DNA of 64,000 bases from Nitrospirota bacterium. GTDB taxonomy: Bacteria; Nitrospirota; Nitrospiria; Nitrospirales; Nitrospiraceae. Positions 42,567 through 52,261 of this stretch are shown one piece after another. Under the pieces are notes generated by a model. It was not told the origin of the DNA and did not search any database. It worked only from the letters and a program-made list of their open reading frames with translations. The stretch spans positions 1 to 64,000 of the forward strand of contig CAVPGK010000018.1 in assembly GCA_963703955.1 (NCBI GenBank). Direction: 5' to 3'. The translations under genes and the position numbers were made by a program. How positions within the stretch are numbered: position 1 is the first letter of the stretch; every line of letters starts with the position of its first letter.

Positions 42567-43715
42567 ATGCAGACCGTCACCCCCCCAACGAACCGTGAGC
42601 ACAGCGCCGCCGAACGTGCCCCATGCCGCCATCAGGCCGCCGCGGCGGGGTCGAGAGACCGATCCATCGACGGGTCGATTCTGACCCACGGTCGCTGGCG
42701 CAGGGTGATGCTGGTCCTCGCTGCAGCGAGCATCCTCGTCATCATGCTGAGCCTGCGCGCGGGGGCGGAACCTATTCCGTTCGCGGAGGCGCTGCGGATT
42801 CTGTGGCGGTTCATGCAAGAGGGCCAGGCGGGCGTTGAAACTTCCGGCTCGTCGGGCGTTATTCTGATGCAGGTACGCCTGCCGCGGGTGATCCTCGCGT
42901 TTCTGGTGGGCGGGTCGCTGGCCGCGGTCGGGGTTGGGCTTCAGGCCTTGTTGCGGAATCCCTTGGCGGATCCGTACGTGCTTGGTATCTCGAGCGGAGC
43001 GGCGCTAGGCGCCGCGTGCGCCATGCTGTTCGGGCTGGGCGTAACGGCCATCGGGATCTCGCTGCTGCCCCTGTGCGCATTCGGCGGCGGTCTCCTCTCG
43101 ATCCTGCTGGTGTATCGCATCGCCGTATCGCACGGGCATCTGCCGTTGCACACGCTGCTCCTGGCCGGCGTCATTCTGAACGCGGTCTTTTCCGCGCTCA
43201 TCATGTTCATGACATCTATCATGGACCCCAATCGTTCCTTTGGGATGATGTCCTGGCTTATGGGCACGCTGCAGGCCCCGGATTACCCGGCGCTGCTTGC
43301 GCTGGCGTTGTACCTGGGGATTGGTGGGATCGTGCTGTTTGCGCAGGCAAGGCCATTGAATCTGCTGGCTTTCGGCGAACAGACTGCGCGATCGCTCGGC
43401 ATCGAAGTCGAATCGGTCAAGAAACGGGTATTCGTGACCTCGGCACTGCTGACCGGAGCGGTCGTCTCCGTCAGCGGGCTCATCGGATTCGTGGGGATGG
43501 TGATCCCGCATGCGGTGCGGATAGTGGTCGGCGCCGACCACCGGCTGCTATTGCCCGCATCGGCATTGGCCGGTGGAATGTTCCTGACGGCGGCGGACGC
43601 GCTCGCGCGCACCCTGCTCGCGCCGGGAGAAATTCCGGTAGGCGTGGTGACGGCCTTGGCTGGAGGTCCGTTCTTCCTCTATCTGCTCATGCGGCGCAAG
43701 GGGGAGTTTGTCTAG
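42567..43715 (+). CDS. btuC: Cobalamin ABC transporter permease (FecCD family)
   Basis: VRLPRV, QALLRNPLADPYVLGISSGA, GLIGFVGMVIPH, EIPVGVVT. Confidence 0.9.
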   Translation: MQTVTPPTNREHSAAERAPCRHQAAAAGSRDRSIDGSILTHGRWRRVMLVLAAASILVIMLSLRAGAEPIPFAEALRILWRFMQEGQAGVETSGSSGVILMQVRLPRVILAFLVGGSLAAVGVGLQALLRNPLADPYVLGISSGAALGAACAMLFGLGVTAIGISLLPLCAFGGGLLSILLVYRIAVSHGHLPLHTLLLAGVILNAVFSALIMFMTSIMDPNRSFGMMSWLMGTLQAPDYPALLALALYLGIGGIVLFAQARPLNLLAFGEQTARSLGIEVESVKKRVFVTSALLTGAVVSVSGLIGFVGMVIPHAVRIVVGADHRLLLPASALAGGMFLTAADALARTLLAPGEIPVGVVTALAGGPFFLYLLMRRKGEFV

Positions 43716-44575
43716 TGAGTACCCCAGGGGCCACGGCCTACAGGGTTAGGGACCTGGCGTTCCGCTACGGACCCGGTAGTACGACAGGGGCGGCCGATGG
43801 CGTGTGGGCGGTGGATGGCGTGTCTTTCGAGATTCAGGCAGGCGAGGTTCTCGGCATCATCGGTCCCAACGGGTCCGGTAAGACTTCATTGCTCAAGCTC
43901 CTCGTTAAAGTGCTGCGGCCGCAACGTGGGGAGGTGCATCTCTTCGGGAGGTTGCTGGGCACGCTGCCGCAACAGGAAGTCGCCCGAGGTGTCGCGCTTG
44001 TGCCGCAAGACCACCAGCCGATGTTTCCGTTCACCATCCTTGAGACCGTGATGATGGGACGCTTTCCTCATCAGCCGCCAGGCCGATTGAGCCTTATCGG
44101 GTGGGAGAGCGAAAACGATCGTCGCGTGGCCGAGCAGGCCATGTGTGATATGGATGTTGCCCATTTAGCCGCACGCTCCATTCATTCCGTATCGGGAGGC
44201 GAACGGCAGCGCGCGATCATCGCCAGAGCGCTGGCCCAGGAACCGAGCGTCCTGTTGCTGGATGAACCCACGGCGTTTCTGGACCTCAATCATCAGGTCG
44301 AAATCTGCGGCATCTTGCGCCGGCTGAATGAGGAACGGAGACTGACCGTTGTCCTCGTGTCCCACGACCTCAACCTGGCTAGCCAGTATTGTGACCACGT
44401 CATGTTGCTTGAGAGCGGCCGGGTGTATCGAGTGGGGACACCGGAGCAGGTCATTCGACCAGAGGTCCTGGAAGTTGTGTATCACTGTGAGGTGCTGATC
44501 GATCGACATCCGTTGTCCGGCTTGCCTCGCGTGACACTGCCGGGGAGGCCTGGAAGGCGCGTTGCGAAAGCGTGA
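43715..44575 (+). CDS. btuD: Cobalamin ABC transporter ATP-binding protein
   Basis: GPNGSGKT, VSGGERQR, LLLDEPT, SHDLNLA. Confidence 0.9.
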   Translation: MSTPGATAYRVRDLAFRYGPGSTTGAADGVWAVDGVSFEIQAGEVLGIIGPNGSGKTSLLKLLVKVLRPQRGEVHLFGRLLGTLPQQEVARGVALVPQDHQPMFPFTILETVMMGRFPHQPPGRLSLIGWESENDRRVAEQAMCDMDVAHLAARSIHSVSGGERQRAIIARALAQEPSVLLLDEPTAFLDLNHQVEICGILRRLNEERRLTVVLVSHDLNLASQYCDHVMLLESGRVYRVGTPEQVIRPEVLEVVYHCEVLIDRHPLSGLPRVTLPGRPGRRVAKA

Positions 44576-44676
44576 TGATCTCAGGCTGCAGGATGGATCC
44601 GTACCCGGTCCATCTGTTCGCTATAGAAAGGGGTACAGAACCGCAGACCAGGAGGTAGCGAGTGACAAGTCGTCAG
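44573..44676 (+). repeat. Direct repeat, copy 1, of the riboswitch-2 upstream leader (copy 2 at 45430-45526)
   Basis: Both copies share TGATGATCTCAGG, GGATGGATCCGTACCCGGTCCATCTGTTCGCTAT, GGGGTACAG and GACAAGTCGTCAG. Confidence 0.88.
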
Positions 44677-44846
44677 TGTCATCCACGCACTTCTCGGCTG
44701 GTAACTTCTCCACGCGGTGCCCTTGTTGCGACAGGGAATCCCTTGTGCCACATTTGGCGAGCGGAACGGATTGGTTAGGTAGAGATTGAATTATCACAGA
44801 GATGAAACAATCATTGACCATTAGGCAGTCGCCCGATTGAGAATCC

Positions 44847-45239
44847 ATGCCCAGCTTTAGACAAGTCATACCGCGCCTTCCGGTCAGTGACCTAAACCGC
44901 ACCATTGCCTTTTACCGTGACCACTTCGGGTTCGAAGTAAGTGTCATTTGGCCACGTCAGCGCCCCACATTCGTGATGCTATGTCGTGATGGGGCGGGCC
45001 TCGGCTTTTTCGAGCCAACTGAACAGCCTGTAGTGATCGGTTACGCGGAGCTTTATATTGAACTTACAGACTGCCAGACACTACACGACTGGCTTAAAAC
45101 CCGATTGCCGATCGAATGGGGCCCGGAAGTCTATTCCTACCGTCGCCGCGAATTTGCCGTGCGAGATCAAGATGGCTATTTGATTATCTTCACTGAGCCG
45201 ACGAACGAACCACCGACCACAAGTGAACCCGCAGAGTGA
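44847..45239 (+). CDS. VOC/glyoxalase/bleomycin-resistance family protein
   Basis: PRLPVSDLNRTIAFYRDHFGF, YRRREFAVRDQDGYLIIF. Confidence 0.88.
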   Translation: MPSFRQVIPRLPVSDLNRTIAFYRDHFGFEVSVIWPRQRPTFVMLCRDGAGLGFFEPTEQPVVIGYAELYIELTDCQTLHDWLKTRLPIEWGPEVYSYRRREFAVRDQDGYLIIFTEPTNEPPTTSEPAE

Positions 45240-45420
45240 GGGGCGATTGAAAAAACCTGCGAACATTGCGGGCAGACGTTCGAGAGCGTGGCTACCAGTG
45301 CTGGTGCGGCGGGTTGGGAATTACCGAACGGCAGATGGAAGGGATCGCGGATCGGTTTCAGGACTGTTCGTGCCCTGCGTGTCTCAAGAAGGTCGGCAGG
45401 GAAGGCCCGGCAGTCGAGTC
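45236..45420 (+). pseudogene. Cysteine-rich CWC family protein, frameshifted copy
   Basis: IEKTCEHCGQTFE / GYQCWC...ITERQMEGIADRFQDCSCPACLKKV; clearly homologous to 49311-49523. Confidence 0.75.
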
Positions 45421-45518
45421 GTGTAGCCATGATGATCTCAGGATGGATGGATCCGTACCCGGTCCATCTGTTCGCTATCGAGGGGTACAGGACCACCAGG
45501 AGGGAGTAGCGAGGACAA

Positions 45519-45728
45519 GTCGTCAGCGACGGGGAAGATGGTGCAAAGCCATCACGGTGCCGCCACTGTAAGTGGGGAGTGACTCTGCACGAATGCCACT
45601 GTCTGGAAAGCAGTGAGCCGTCAGCGGTCAGGAAGAAGCTGAAGACCGATAGCTGAAAGTTGATTAACGTTTCAGACGGGAAGGCGCGGAGTCGCGATGA
45701 TCCACGAGTCAGGAGACCCGACTGACGG
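45519..45728 (+). promoter_or_regulatory. Cobalamin riboswitch 2
   Basis: GGGGAAgatGGTG...CGGTGCCGCCACTGTAA...GCCACTG...GGGAAGGC...AGTCAGGAGACCCG; upstream of btuB; closed by CGTCAG/CTGACG. Confidence 0.93.
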
Positions 45729-45766
45729 ATGTGTTTATTCACCCTTCGAGCCAAAGGGAGGAGAAC

Positions 45767-47805
45767 ATGCGTCCAGTCTGTTGGAGCCGACCCGGTTTTG
45801 TCCTCGTCTGGTGCTTGATCGTTCCATTCATTGACGAACCCACGACAGCTGCCGCCGAGGAAGAAACGTCGGTTGCGCAGGTCCTTGAAACCGAAGAGGT
45901 CGTGGTCAGCGCGACCAAAACTGAGATTCCGGTCAAGCAGGTCACCAGCGCCGTGGAGGTCATTACGGGGGAGCAGTTGCAGCAGCGGAAGGTGAGAACC
46001 GTTGCGGAAGCGCTTCGCCTGCGCTCAGGGGCTGGCGGTATTTCAAAGCGGTGGCCCTGGCACACTCGTCGACGTTCGGATGCGCGGTGGAACTCCGGAA
46101 CAGACTCTCGTCTTGATCGATGGTGCGATCGTCAATAGCGCCACGGTCGGCACGTATGACTTCGCCAATCTGACGTCCGACAACATCGAGCGGATTGAAA
46201 TCTTGCGAGGGAACCAGAGCATGTTGTGGGGATCGGACGCCATGGGCGGAGTGATCAATATTACCACGAAGCGCGGACGTGACACCCCGAACCTATCTGC
46301 CTTTTTTGAGTACGGTTCCTTCGTTACGCTTCGTGAGGGAGCCAATCTGACCGGAAAGAAGGGACCGATGGACTTTGCTTTTTCGCTCTCCCGCTGGGAT
46401 ACAGCGAGCTTCTCGACCATCAATTATCGGCGAGGCGCGGCTGAGCGTGATGGATACCACAACTGGCAGGGATCTGCCCGGCTGGGGTTCGACCTTCCGA
46501 AAGAGGGACGGTTCGAGTTTGATTTCCGGTGGATGAACGGGATCGTGAACTTCGATGGGTTTGCGTTCAATCCGGTGACGTTCGAATCCGATCCCGCCGA
46601 TGTCTACGGCGCGAGAAGCCAAAGCAACCAATATGTCTTCGCCGGCAACTACATGCAACCGATCACGGACTGGTGGTCACAAAAGCTGACCTTGGCGCGT
46701 GCGACCGACAATCTTGTCTCGTTTGCTGGAACGGTCCAGCGGAATATAGTGACCGGAGTGACGGAGGATGTGCCCTTCCCGTTTCACACCGACATCAATA
46801 CGACGAGCAACCGGATCGAGTGGCAGCATAACTTTCAGATTGGGAAACCCTTGCTTCTGACGGCGGGTTATCAGTTTAGAGAACAACTGGGCGAGAATAT
46901 CGATCTCACCACGAACACGACCGACCATTCCGAACAAGATCGTCAGCAGCAATGCGGGATTTGCCGAAGCTCAGCTCAATCTCTGGGACCGTCTGTTCGG
47001 AACGGCGGGCATCCGGTACGACGACTACAATGTCTTCGGGAGCGCCACGACCTATCGCCTGACGGGAGGCTACCTGCACCAGGAAACCGGCACCAAGCTC
47101 CGTGGCAGCTATGGGACCGGATTCCGCGCCCCCACGATCAACCAATTGTTCTTCCCCGACTTCGGCAATCCCAACCTGCAACCGGAGAAGAGCCAAGGGT
47201 GGGATCTGGCGATCGACCAGACCTTGTTCAACGAGCGCGTGACGCTCAGCGCCGGGTATTTCTATACGCGGTATCGCAACCTCATTGTATCGGTCTTCGA
47301 TCCGGTCGGATGTGGGTTCACTCTGTTTGGATTTTGCGCCCAGAACCGTGGCCTTTCCACGGCCGATGGGGTAGAAGCGAGCGCGACGGTCAGGCTCGCG
47401 CGGGATCAGGCGTGGATCAAGAGTTTGGATCTGCGGTTTCAATACACGTACACGAGCACGCACGATTTGACAGACAACCAGGACACACGCCTGCCGAAGT
47501 GGCCGCTGAACCAGTGGTCGGCCATACTCAGCTACCAACCGATCGAGCGGCTGCGGGCCAATTTGGAGGGTCGGTATGTCGGACAACGGTTTAATAATGT
47601 TTCCAACCAGCAATCGATCCCGTCCTTCTATGTCTGGAACCTTTCCGCGACCTATGATGTGAACAAGAATGTTCAGGTCTATATGCGTGCCGACAACATC
47701 TTCAACGCGAAATATGAAGAGGTTCTTTTCTTCGGAACTCCGATTCGCTCGATCTTTGGGGGCGTGAGGGTGAATTTTGACGTTCCACTAGGAACCCGAT
47801 CATGA
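45767..47805 (+). CDS. btuB: TonB-dependent cobalamin receptor (indels near 46020 and 46920)
   Basis: EEVVVSATK TonB box, IERIEILRG..S.LWGSDAMGGVINITTK, GNPNLQPEKS, C-terminal GVRVNF; riboswitch upstream. Confidence 0.9.
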
Positions 47806-49220
47806 CCAACTACCCGCGTTTGGTCATTGCCGGAACTCATAGCGGCGTCGGCAAAACAACGGTGACGCTGGCGCTGCTGGCGGCGCTGAAGGTCCGCGGC
47901 CGAGAGGTCCAGGCCTTCAAAGCAGGGCCTGATTTCATCGATCCAAGTCACCACGCCGCCGTCACGGGCCGTCCTTCTCGTAATCTCGATGGTTGGATGC
48001 TCGGAGCGGAACAGAATCGACAGATCTTCACTCATGCTGCCGCCGATGCAGATCTCTCGATCATCGAGGGAATGATGGGCCTCTATGATGGCAGTTCGCC
48101 CACCAATGAAGTCGGCAGCACGGCTGAGTTGGCGAAACAACTCGATGCTCCTGTGTTGCTGGTGATCGACGGCAGCGCCATGGCTCGCTCGGCCGCCGCG
48201 ATGGCGTCCGGGTATGCGCGCTTTGATCAAGCTGTGCAAGTTGCCGGAGTCTTATTCAACCGCGTGAGCGGTGAGGGACATTACCTCCTGCTCAAAGAGG
48301 CGGTAGAGGCAGAAGCGAATCTCACCGTCGTAGGATACCTGCGACCTGATGCGGCTCTCACTGTTCCCGACCGGCATCTGGGTCTGGTGACCGCGCTTGA
48401 ACACGGGTCACACGATTTCTATGATCGGTTGGCGCAGGCGGCGGGGCAAACGGTGGATCTGGACCGTGTAGAGGCGTTGGCCCGGTCATGCGACGAGTTG
48501 GAGGTCCACTTGGACATTGGCTCAGTACCGAACAATGATCGCGTGCCTCCTGATTATCTAGTCCGTGTTGGCGTTGCCCACGATCCTGCCTTTTGTTTCT
48601 ACTATCATGAGAATCTCGAGTTGCTGGAGGCGGAGGGGGCGGAGATCATCAGATTTTCTCCCCTCCGAGACCGGACCCTGCCAGAAATTGACCTGCTCTA
48701 TCTGGGCGGAGGCTATCCGGAGCTCCATGGGGAGGCGCTGGCCAGCAATGTCGGCATGCGGAACGCGATTCGCGAGTTCGCGAGTCGAGGAGGGACGATC
48801 TATGCCGAGTGCGGAGGCCTGATGTATCTGACGCGGGCGATCCAGGATTTTGACGGGCGTCCTCACGAGATGGTCGGGTTATTCGACGCCGAAGCGGTGA
48901 TGCGAAAGCCGGCTTTGACGCTGGGCTATCGAGAGATTGAGATCACGCGTCCTTGTCCTTTAGGGGCCGTCGGGCTGAAAGCACGCGGTCACGAATTTCA
49001 TTACTCCTCGCTGGTACCGACCGGCGCGCTGAACTACTCCTGCACAGTCACCGGCGCGCAAGGTGAATCCCGAGGGCACGACGGTCTGATCGCGGGAAAC
49101 ACCATCGCCCTATACGCGCACATTCATTTTGCGAGTCAGCCACATCTGGCGCGCGCGCTGGTGGCCTCCGCACGCGGGAACCGTTCACATCTTGCTGCTG
49201 ATCGGAATCGTGCACCATAA
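47802..49220 (+). CDS. cbiA: Cobyrinate a,c-diamide synthase
   Basis: IAGTHSGVGKTT, FKAGPDFIDP, IEGMMGLYDG, GGGYPE, AECGG, GHEFHYS. Confidence 0.95.
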   Translation: MTNYPRLVIAGTHSGVGKTTVTLALLAALKVRGREVQAFKAGPDFIDPSHHAAVTGRPSRNLDGWMLGAEQNRQIFTHAAADADLSIIEGMMGLYDGSSPTNEVGSTAELAKQLDAPVLLVIDGSAMARSAAAMASGYARFDQAVQVAGVLFNRVSGEGHYLLLKEAVEAEANLTVVGYLRPDAALTVPDRHLGLVTALEHGSHDFYDRLAQAAGQTVDLDRVEALARSCDELEVHLDIGSVPNNDRVPPDYLVRVGVAHDPAFCFYYHENLELLEAEGAEIIRFSPLRDRTLPEIDLLYLGGGYPELHGEALASNVGMRNAIREFASRGGTIYAECGGLMYLTRAIQDFDGRPHEMVGLFDAEAVMRKPALTLGYREIEITRPCPLGAVGLKARGHEFHYSSLVPTGALNYSCTVTGAQGESRGHDGLIAGNTIALYAHIHFASQPHLARALVASARGNRSHLAADRNRAP

Positions 49221-49310
49221 CGGATCAGACGGGGGCAGTGAAGCTTCCGCTTCGCAAAGGAATCAAGCGCAGAAGGGCGTAGAGTTCTGACGGTCTGAGA
49301 GAGGGCCGAC

Positions 49311-49523
49311 ATGAGAGGACCGGTTGACAAGTGTTGCGAGCACTGCGGCCAAGCCTTTACCTGTGGGCAGTATGGCTGCTGGTGCGGCCGCATGGCGATC
49401 ACGGATGCGCAACTCGATTGGATTGTCGGTCGTTTTCAAGACTGCCTCTGTCCCGACTGCTTGCACAAGGTCAGCACGGGGGAATTAGGGCCTTCCGGAG
49501 AGCGCCCATCACAGAGGAGGTAG
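49311..49523 (+). CDS. Cysteine-rich CWC family protein
   Basis: CEHCGQAFTC...CWC...DCLCPDCL. Confidence 0.85.
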   Translation: MRGPVDKCCEHCGQAFTCGQYGCWCGRMAITDAQLDWIVGRFQDCLCPDCLHKVSTGELGPSGERPSQRR

Positions 49524-49528
49524 CCGGG

Positions 49529-50125
49529 ATGCGCATCACCAAAGTCTACACTCGCACCGGCGATGCCGGGAAAACGCGGCTGGCCGGCGGCCAGCAGGTC
49601 TGGAAGGACAGTCTCCGGGTCGAGGCCTACGGAACCGTGGACGAGCTGAATTCGTCGATCGGGGTCGTGCGCGTGTTCAACACCGACAAGGTTGGAACAT
49701 ATCCCCAGGCCGCTCGTCTTGAGGAGGAGCTCCGCTGGATCCAGAACAAGCTGTTCGATGTCGGCGCTCTTCTGGCGACCGCTCCGGGCCAGACCTTCAA
49801 GAATATGCCCCAACTTACAGCCCAGGATGTGACACGCCTGGAACGGCTCATCGATGATTGCCAGAAGGAATTGGCCCCACTGAAGGAATTCATCCTTCCC
49901 GGCGGCGGCAAGGTCTCTGGATTGCTCCATCAAGCACGGACGATTTGCCGACGAGCGGAACGCGTGTGCGTGCAATTGGCCCGCGACGAGGTCGTCGACC
50001 CACTCATCGTCAAACTTCTCAACCGCCTCAGCGATGCCTTGTTTGTCTTGGCTCGTTGGGTCGCCAAAACCCAGGGAGAACCCGAATTTCAATGGGAACG
50101 GAACGTCAAAAAAACCGAGGGTTGA
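49529..50125 (+). CDS. pduO: PduO-type cob(I)alamin adenosyltransferase
   Basis: KVYTRTGDAGKT, AYGTVDELNS, FILPGG, RTICRRAER, LNRLSDALFVLAR. Confidence 0.95.
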   Translation: MRITKVYTRTGDAGKTRLAGGQQVWKDSLRVEAYGTVDELNSSIGVVRVFNTDKVGTYPQAARLEEELRWIQNKLFDVGALLATAPGQTFKNMPQLTAQDVTRLERLIDDCQKELAPLKEFILPGGGKVSGLLHQARTICRRAERVCVQLARDEVVDPLIVKLLNRLSDALFVLARWVAKTQGEPEFQWERNVKKTEG

Positions 50126-50176
50126 AGACTGCGTCGGACCGCGACCCTCAGTCCTCGTGACTCGGCAGCGGCAAAT

Positions 50177-51673
50177 ATGGCGGCACGGACGTTGATGATC
50201 CAGGGGACCGCGTCGCACGTGGGGAAGTCTGTCCTCACCGCTGCGGTCTGCCGAATCTTCGTGCGACGCGGGCTCCGGGTCGCCCCGTTCAAGGCTCAGA
50301 ACATGTCCAATAATTCGTTCGTCACGCCGGAGGATAAGGAAATCGGGCGCGCCCAAGCGATGCAAGCGGCAGCCTGCCGGCTGGCTCCCCGCGCGGACTT
50401 CAATCCGGTGCTGATCAAGCCGTCCGGCGAGCACAGCGCGCAACTCGTCGTCGGCGGTCGCGTCGCCGGAGTGTTGTCGGCGCGGGATTTCGGCCGCGTA
50501 CGGCGGGAACACTTTCACACGGTGTGCGAGGCGTTTGGTCGATTGCGCTCGGAATTTGATCTGGTGATCCTTGAAGGCGCAGGCAGCCCGGCCGAGATCA
50601 ATCTACGGGAGCAGGACATCGTCAATATGCGCATGGCGCAGGAAGCAGAGGCGCCGGTGCTGTTGGTTGGAGATATCGATCGGGGCGGGGTGTTTGCGGC
50701 CCTGTTCGGCACCATGAGCTTGCTTCAACCCGATGAGCAGCGCCACGTGAAGGGCCTGCTCATCAACAAATTCCGCGGTGACCGAGACCTGTTGACCACA
50801 GGAATAACAATGCTGGAAGGACGGACGTCAGTTCCCTGCCTTGGCGTGATCCCGCACTGGGGACACCTTCGCGTGCCCCAAGAAGACTCGTTGGGATGGG
50901 AGACCTGGACGGGTGTACGATCTCAGGAGGTTGATGCCCTGGCCATCGGCATCGCGGATGTCCCGGCAATTTCAAACTTTACTGATTTTGAGGCGCTGCG
51001 TCATGAGGCCGATGTTCGCCTGATCAAGATCAGCGAGGCGGCGCCTACGCGACTCGATGCGCTGATCTTTCCGGGCACGAAGAACACGGCCGAGGCGTTG
51101 CGATTCGTCCGGGACCGAGGGATAGATCGGGTGGCGCGGTGCGTTGCGGCTGAGGGTGGGACGGTCATCGGACTCTGCGGCGGTTACCAGATTTTGGGAC
51201 GATCGATTCGTGATCCTCACGGCGTGGAATTGGATGTGCCGGAACTTGATGGGCTCGGTCTGCTCGACGTGGTGACGAGCTTTGCACGAAACAAGGTGAC
51301 GGTCCGGGTGGTTGGGACCCATCGGGAGACTGGCTGCCCCGTGGAGGGCTACGAAGTGCACATGGGCCGTACGAGAGCGGGCGCCGGCGTGGCTCCTCTG
51401 CTGGACCTTGAAAAGCCCGGTCAGTCGGTGCGATGGAGCGAAGGGGCGGTCTCGCCGGATGGTCGCGTCTTCGGCACATACGTCCATGGTCTCTTTGATG
51501 CGCCGCGCTTCCGACGCACATTTCTCAATCGACTGCGAACGGCCAGAGGATGGGCTCCGCTATATCCGCAAACCGGCGCCTCGCTGGATCGGGAACTGGG
51601 TGAGCTGGCTGATTTCGTTGAGCAGCACGTTGATATGGAGGCGATCGAGGGGATCGTCGAGCGTGGAGTATGA
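50177..51673 (+). CDS. cobQ: Cobyric acid synthase
   Basis: IQGTASHVGKS, PFKAQNMSNN, EGAGSPAEINL, NKFRGD, GLCGGYQ, GYEVHMG. Confidence 0.96.
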   Translation: MAARTLMIQGTASHVGKSVLTAAVCRIFVRRGLRVAPFKAQNMSNNSFVTPEDKEIGRAQAMQAAACRLAPRADFNPVLIKPSGEHSAQLVVGGRVAGVLSARDFGRVRREHFHTVCEAFGRLRSEFDLVILEGAGSPAEINLREQDIVNMRMAQEAEAPVLLVGDIDRGGVFAALFGTMSLLQPDEQRHVKGLLINKFRGDRDLLTTGITMLEGRTSVPCLGVIPHWGHLRVPQEDSLGWETWTGVRSQEVDALAIGIADVPAISNFTDFEALRHEADVRLIKISEAAPTRLDALIFPGTKNTAEALRFVRDRGIDRVARCVAAEGGTVIGLCGGYQILGRSIRDPHGVELDVPELDGLGLLDVVTSFARNKVTVRVVGTHRETGCPVEGYEVHMGRTRAGAGVAPLLDLEKPGQSVRWSEGAVSPDGRVFGTYVHGLFDAPRFRRTFLNRLRTARGWAPLYPQTGASLDRELGELADFVEQHVDMEAIEGIVERGV

Positions 51674-51677
51674 ACCA

Positions 51678-52250
51678 GTGCGTCGGGTGAGATCGAGCGA
51701 TAGGAGGTCTAAGCGAGGAAGATTGATTCTCGTGATCGGTGGGGCTTCATCGGGAAAAAGCGACCTGGCATTGGACCTTGCCGGGACATCCGGTAAGCGA
51801 GCCTTTCTGGCGACCGGCCAAGCCCTGGACCAGGAAATGGCCGAGCGGATCCGGCGTCACAAAGCGTCACGGGGTGTGGGTTGGAAAACAGCGGAAGTGC
51901 CGGTGGAATTGGCCGAATGGTTTCAGACCGAAGGCTGGGCGTTCCGCGCGGTCGTAGTGGATTGTCTTACGCTTTGGTTGACGAATCTTCGGGGGCGCGG
52001 TGTACCGGAGTCTGAGATATCGAAGCTCGTCTCGACCTTGCTCAAGGTGATCAGAGCAACCATGGCCCGCGTGGTGATGGTCACGAACGAACTCGGACTT
52101 GGATTAGTACCGGAAGATGCCGCCTCTCGTCGCTTTCGAGACTTGGCCGGGCAGGTGAACCAGCAGATGGCCAGAGAGGCCGATGAAGTCTACCTGGCAC
52201 TGAGCGGGCTGCCGGTTCGGATCAAGCCGGCGGCAAGGATTCGTTCTTAG
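51678..52250 (+). CDS. cobU: Adenosylcobinamide kinase / phosphate guanylyltransferase
   Basis: LVIGGASSGKS, EMAERIRRH, VDCLTLWLTN, VTNELGLG, RRFRDLAG. Confidence 0.93.
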   Translation: MRRVRSSDRRSKRGRLILVIGGASSGKSDLALDLAGTSGKRAFLATGQALDQEMAERIRRHKASRGVGWKTAEVPVELAEWFQTEGWAFRAVVVDCLTLWLTNLRGRGVPESEISKLVSTLLKVIRATMARVVMVTNELGLGLVPEDAASRRFRDLAGQVNQQMAREADEVYLALSGLPVRIKPAARIRS

Positions 52251-52261
52251 TGGGGAGCCCG

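Noticed and set aside
43016..43714. Long N-terminal extension of the ABC ATPase
   Set aside because: An alternative frame overlapping btuC; the likely start is GTG 43715.
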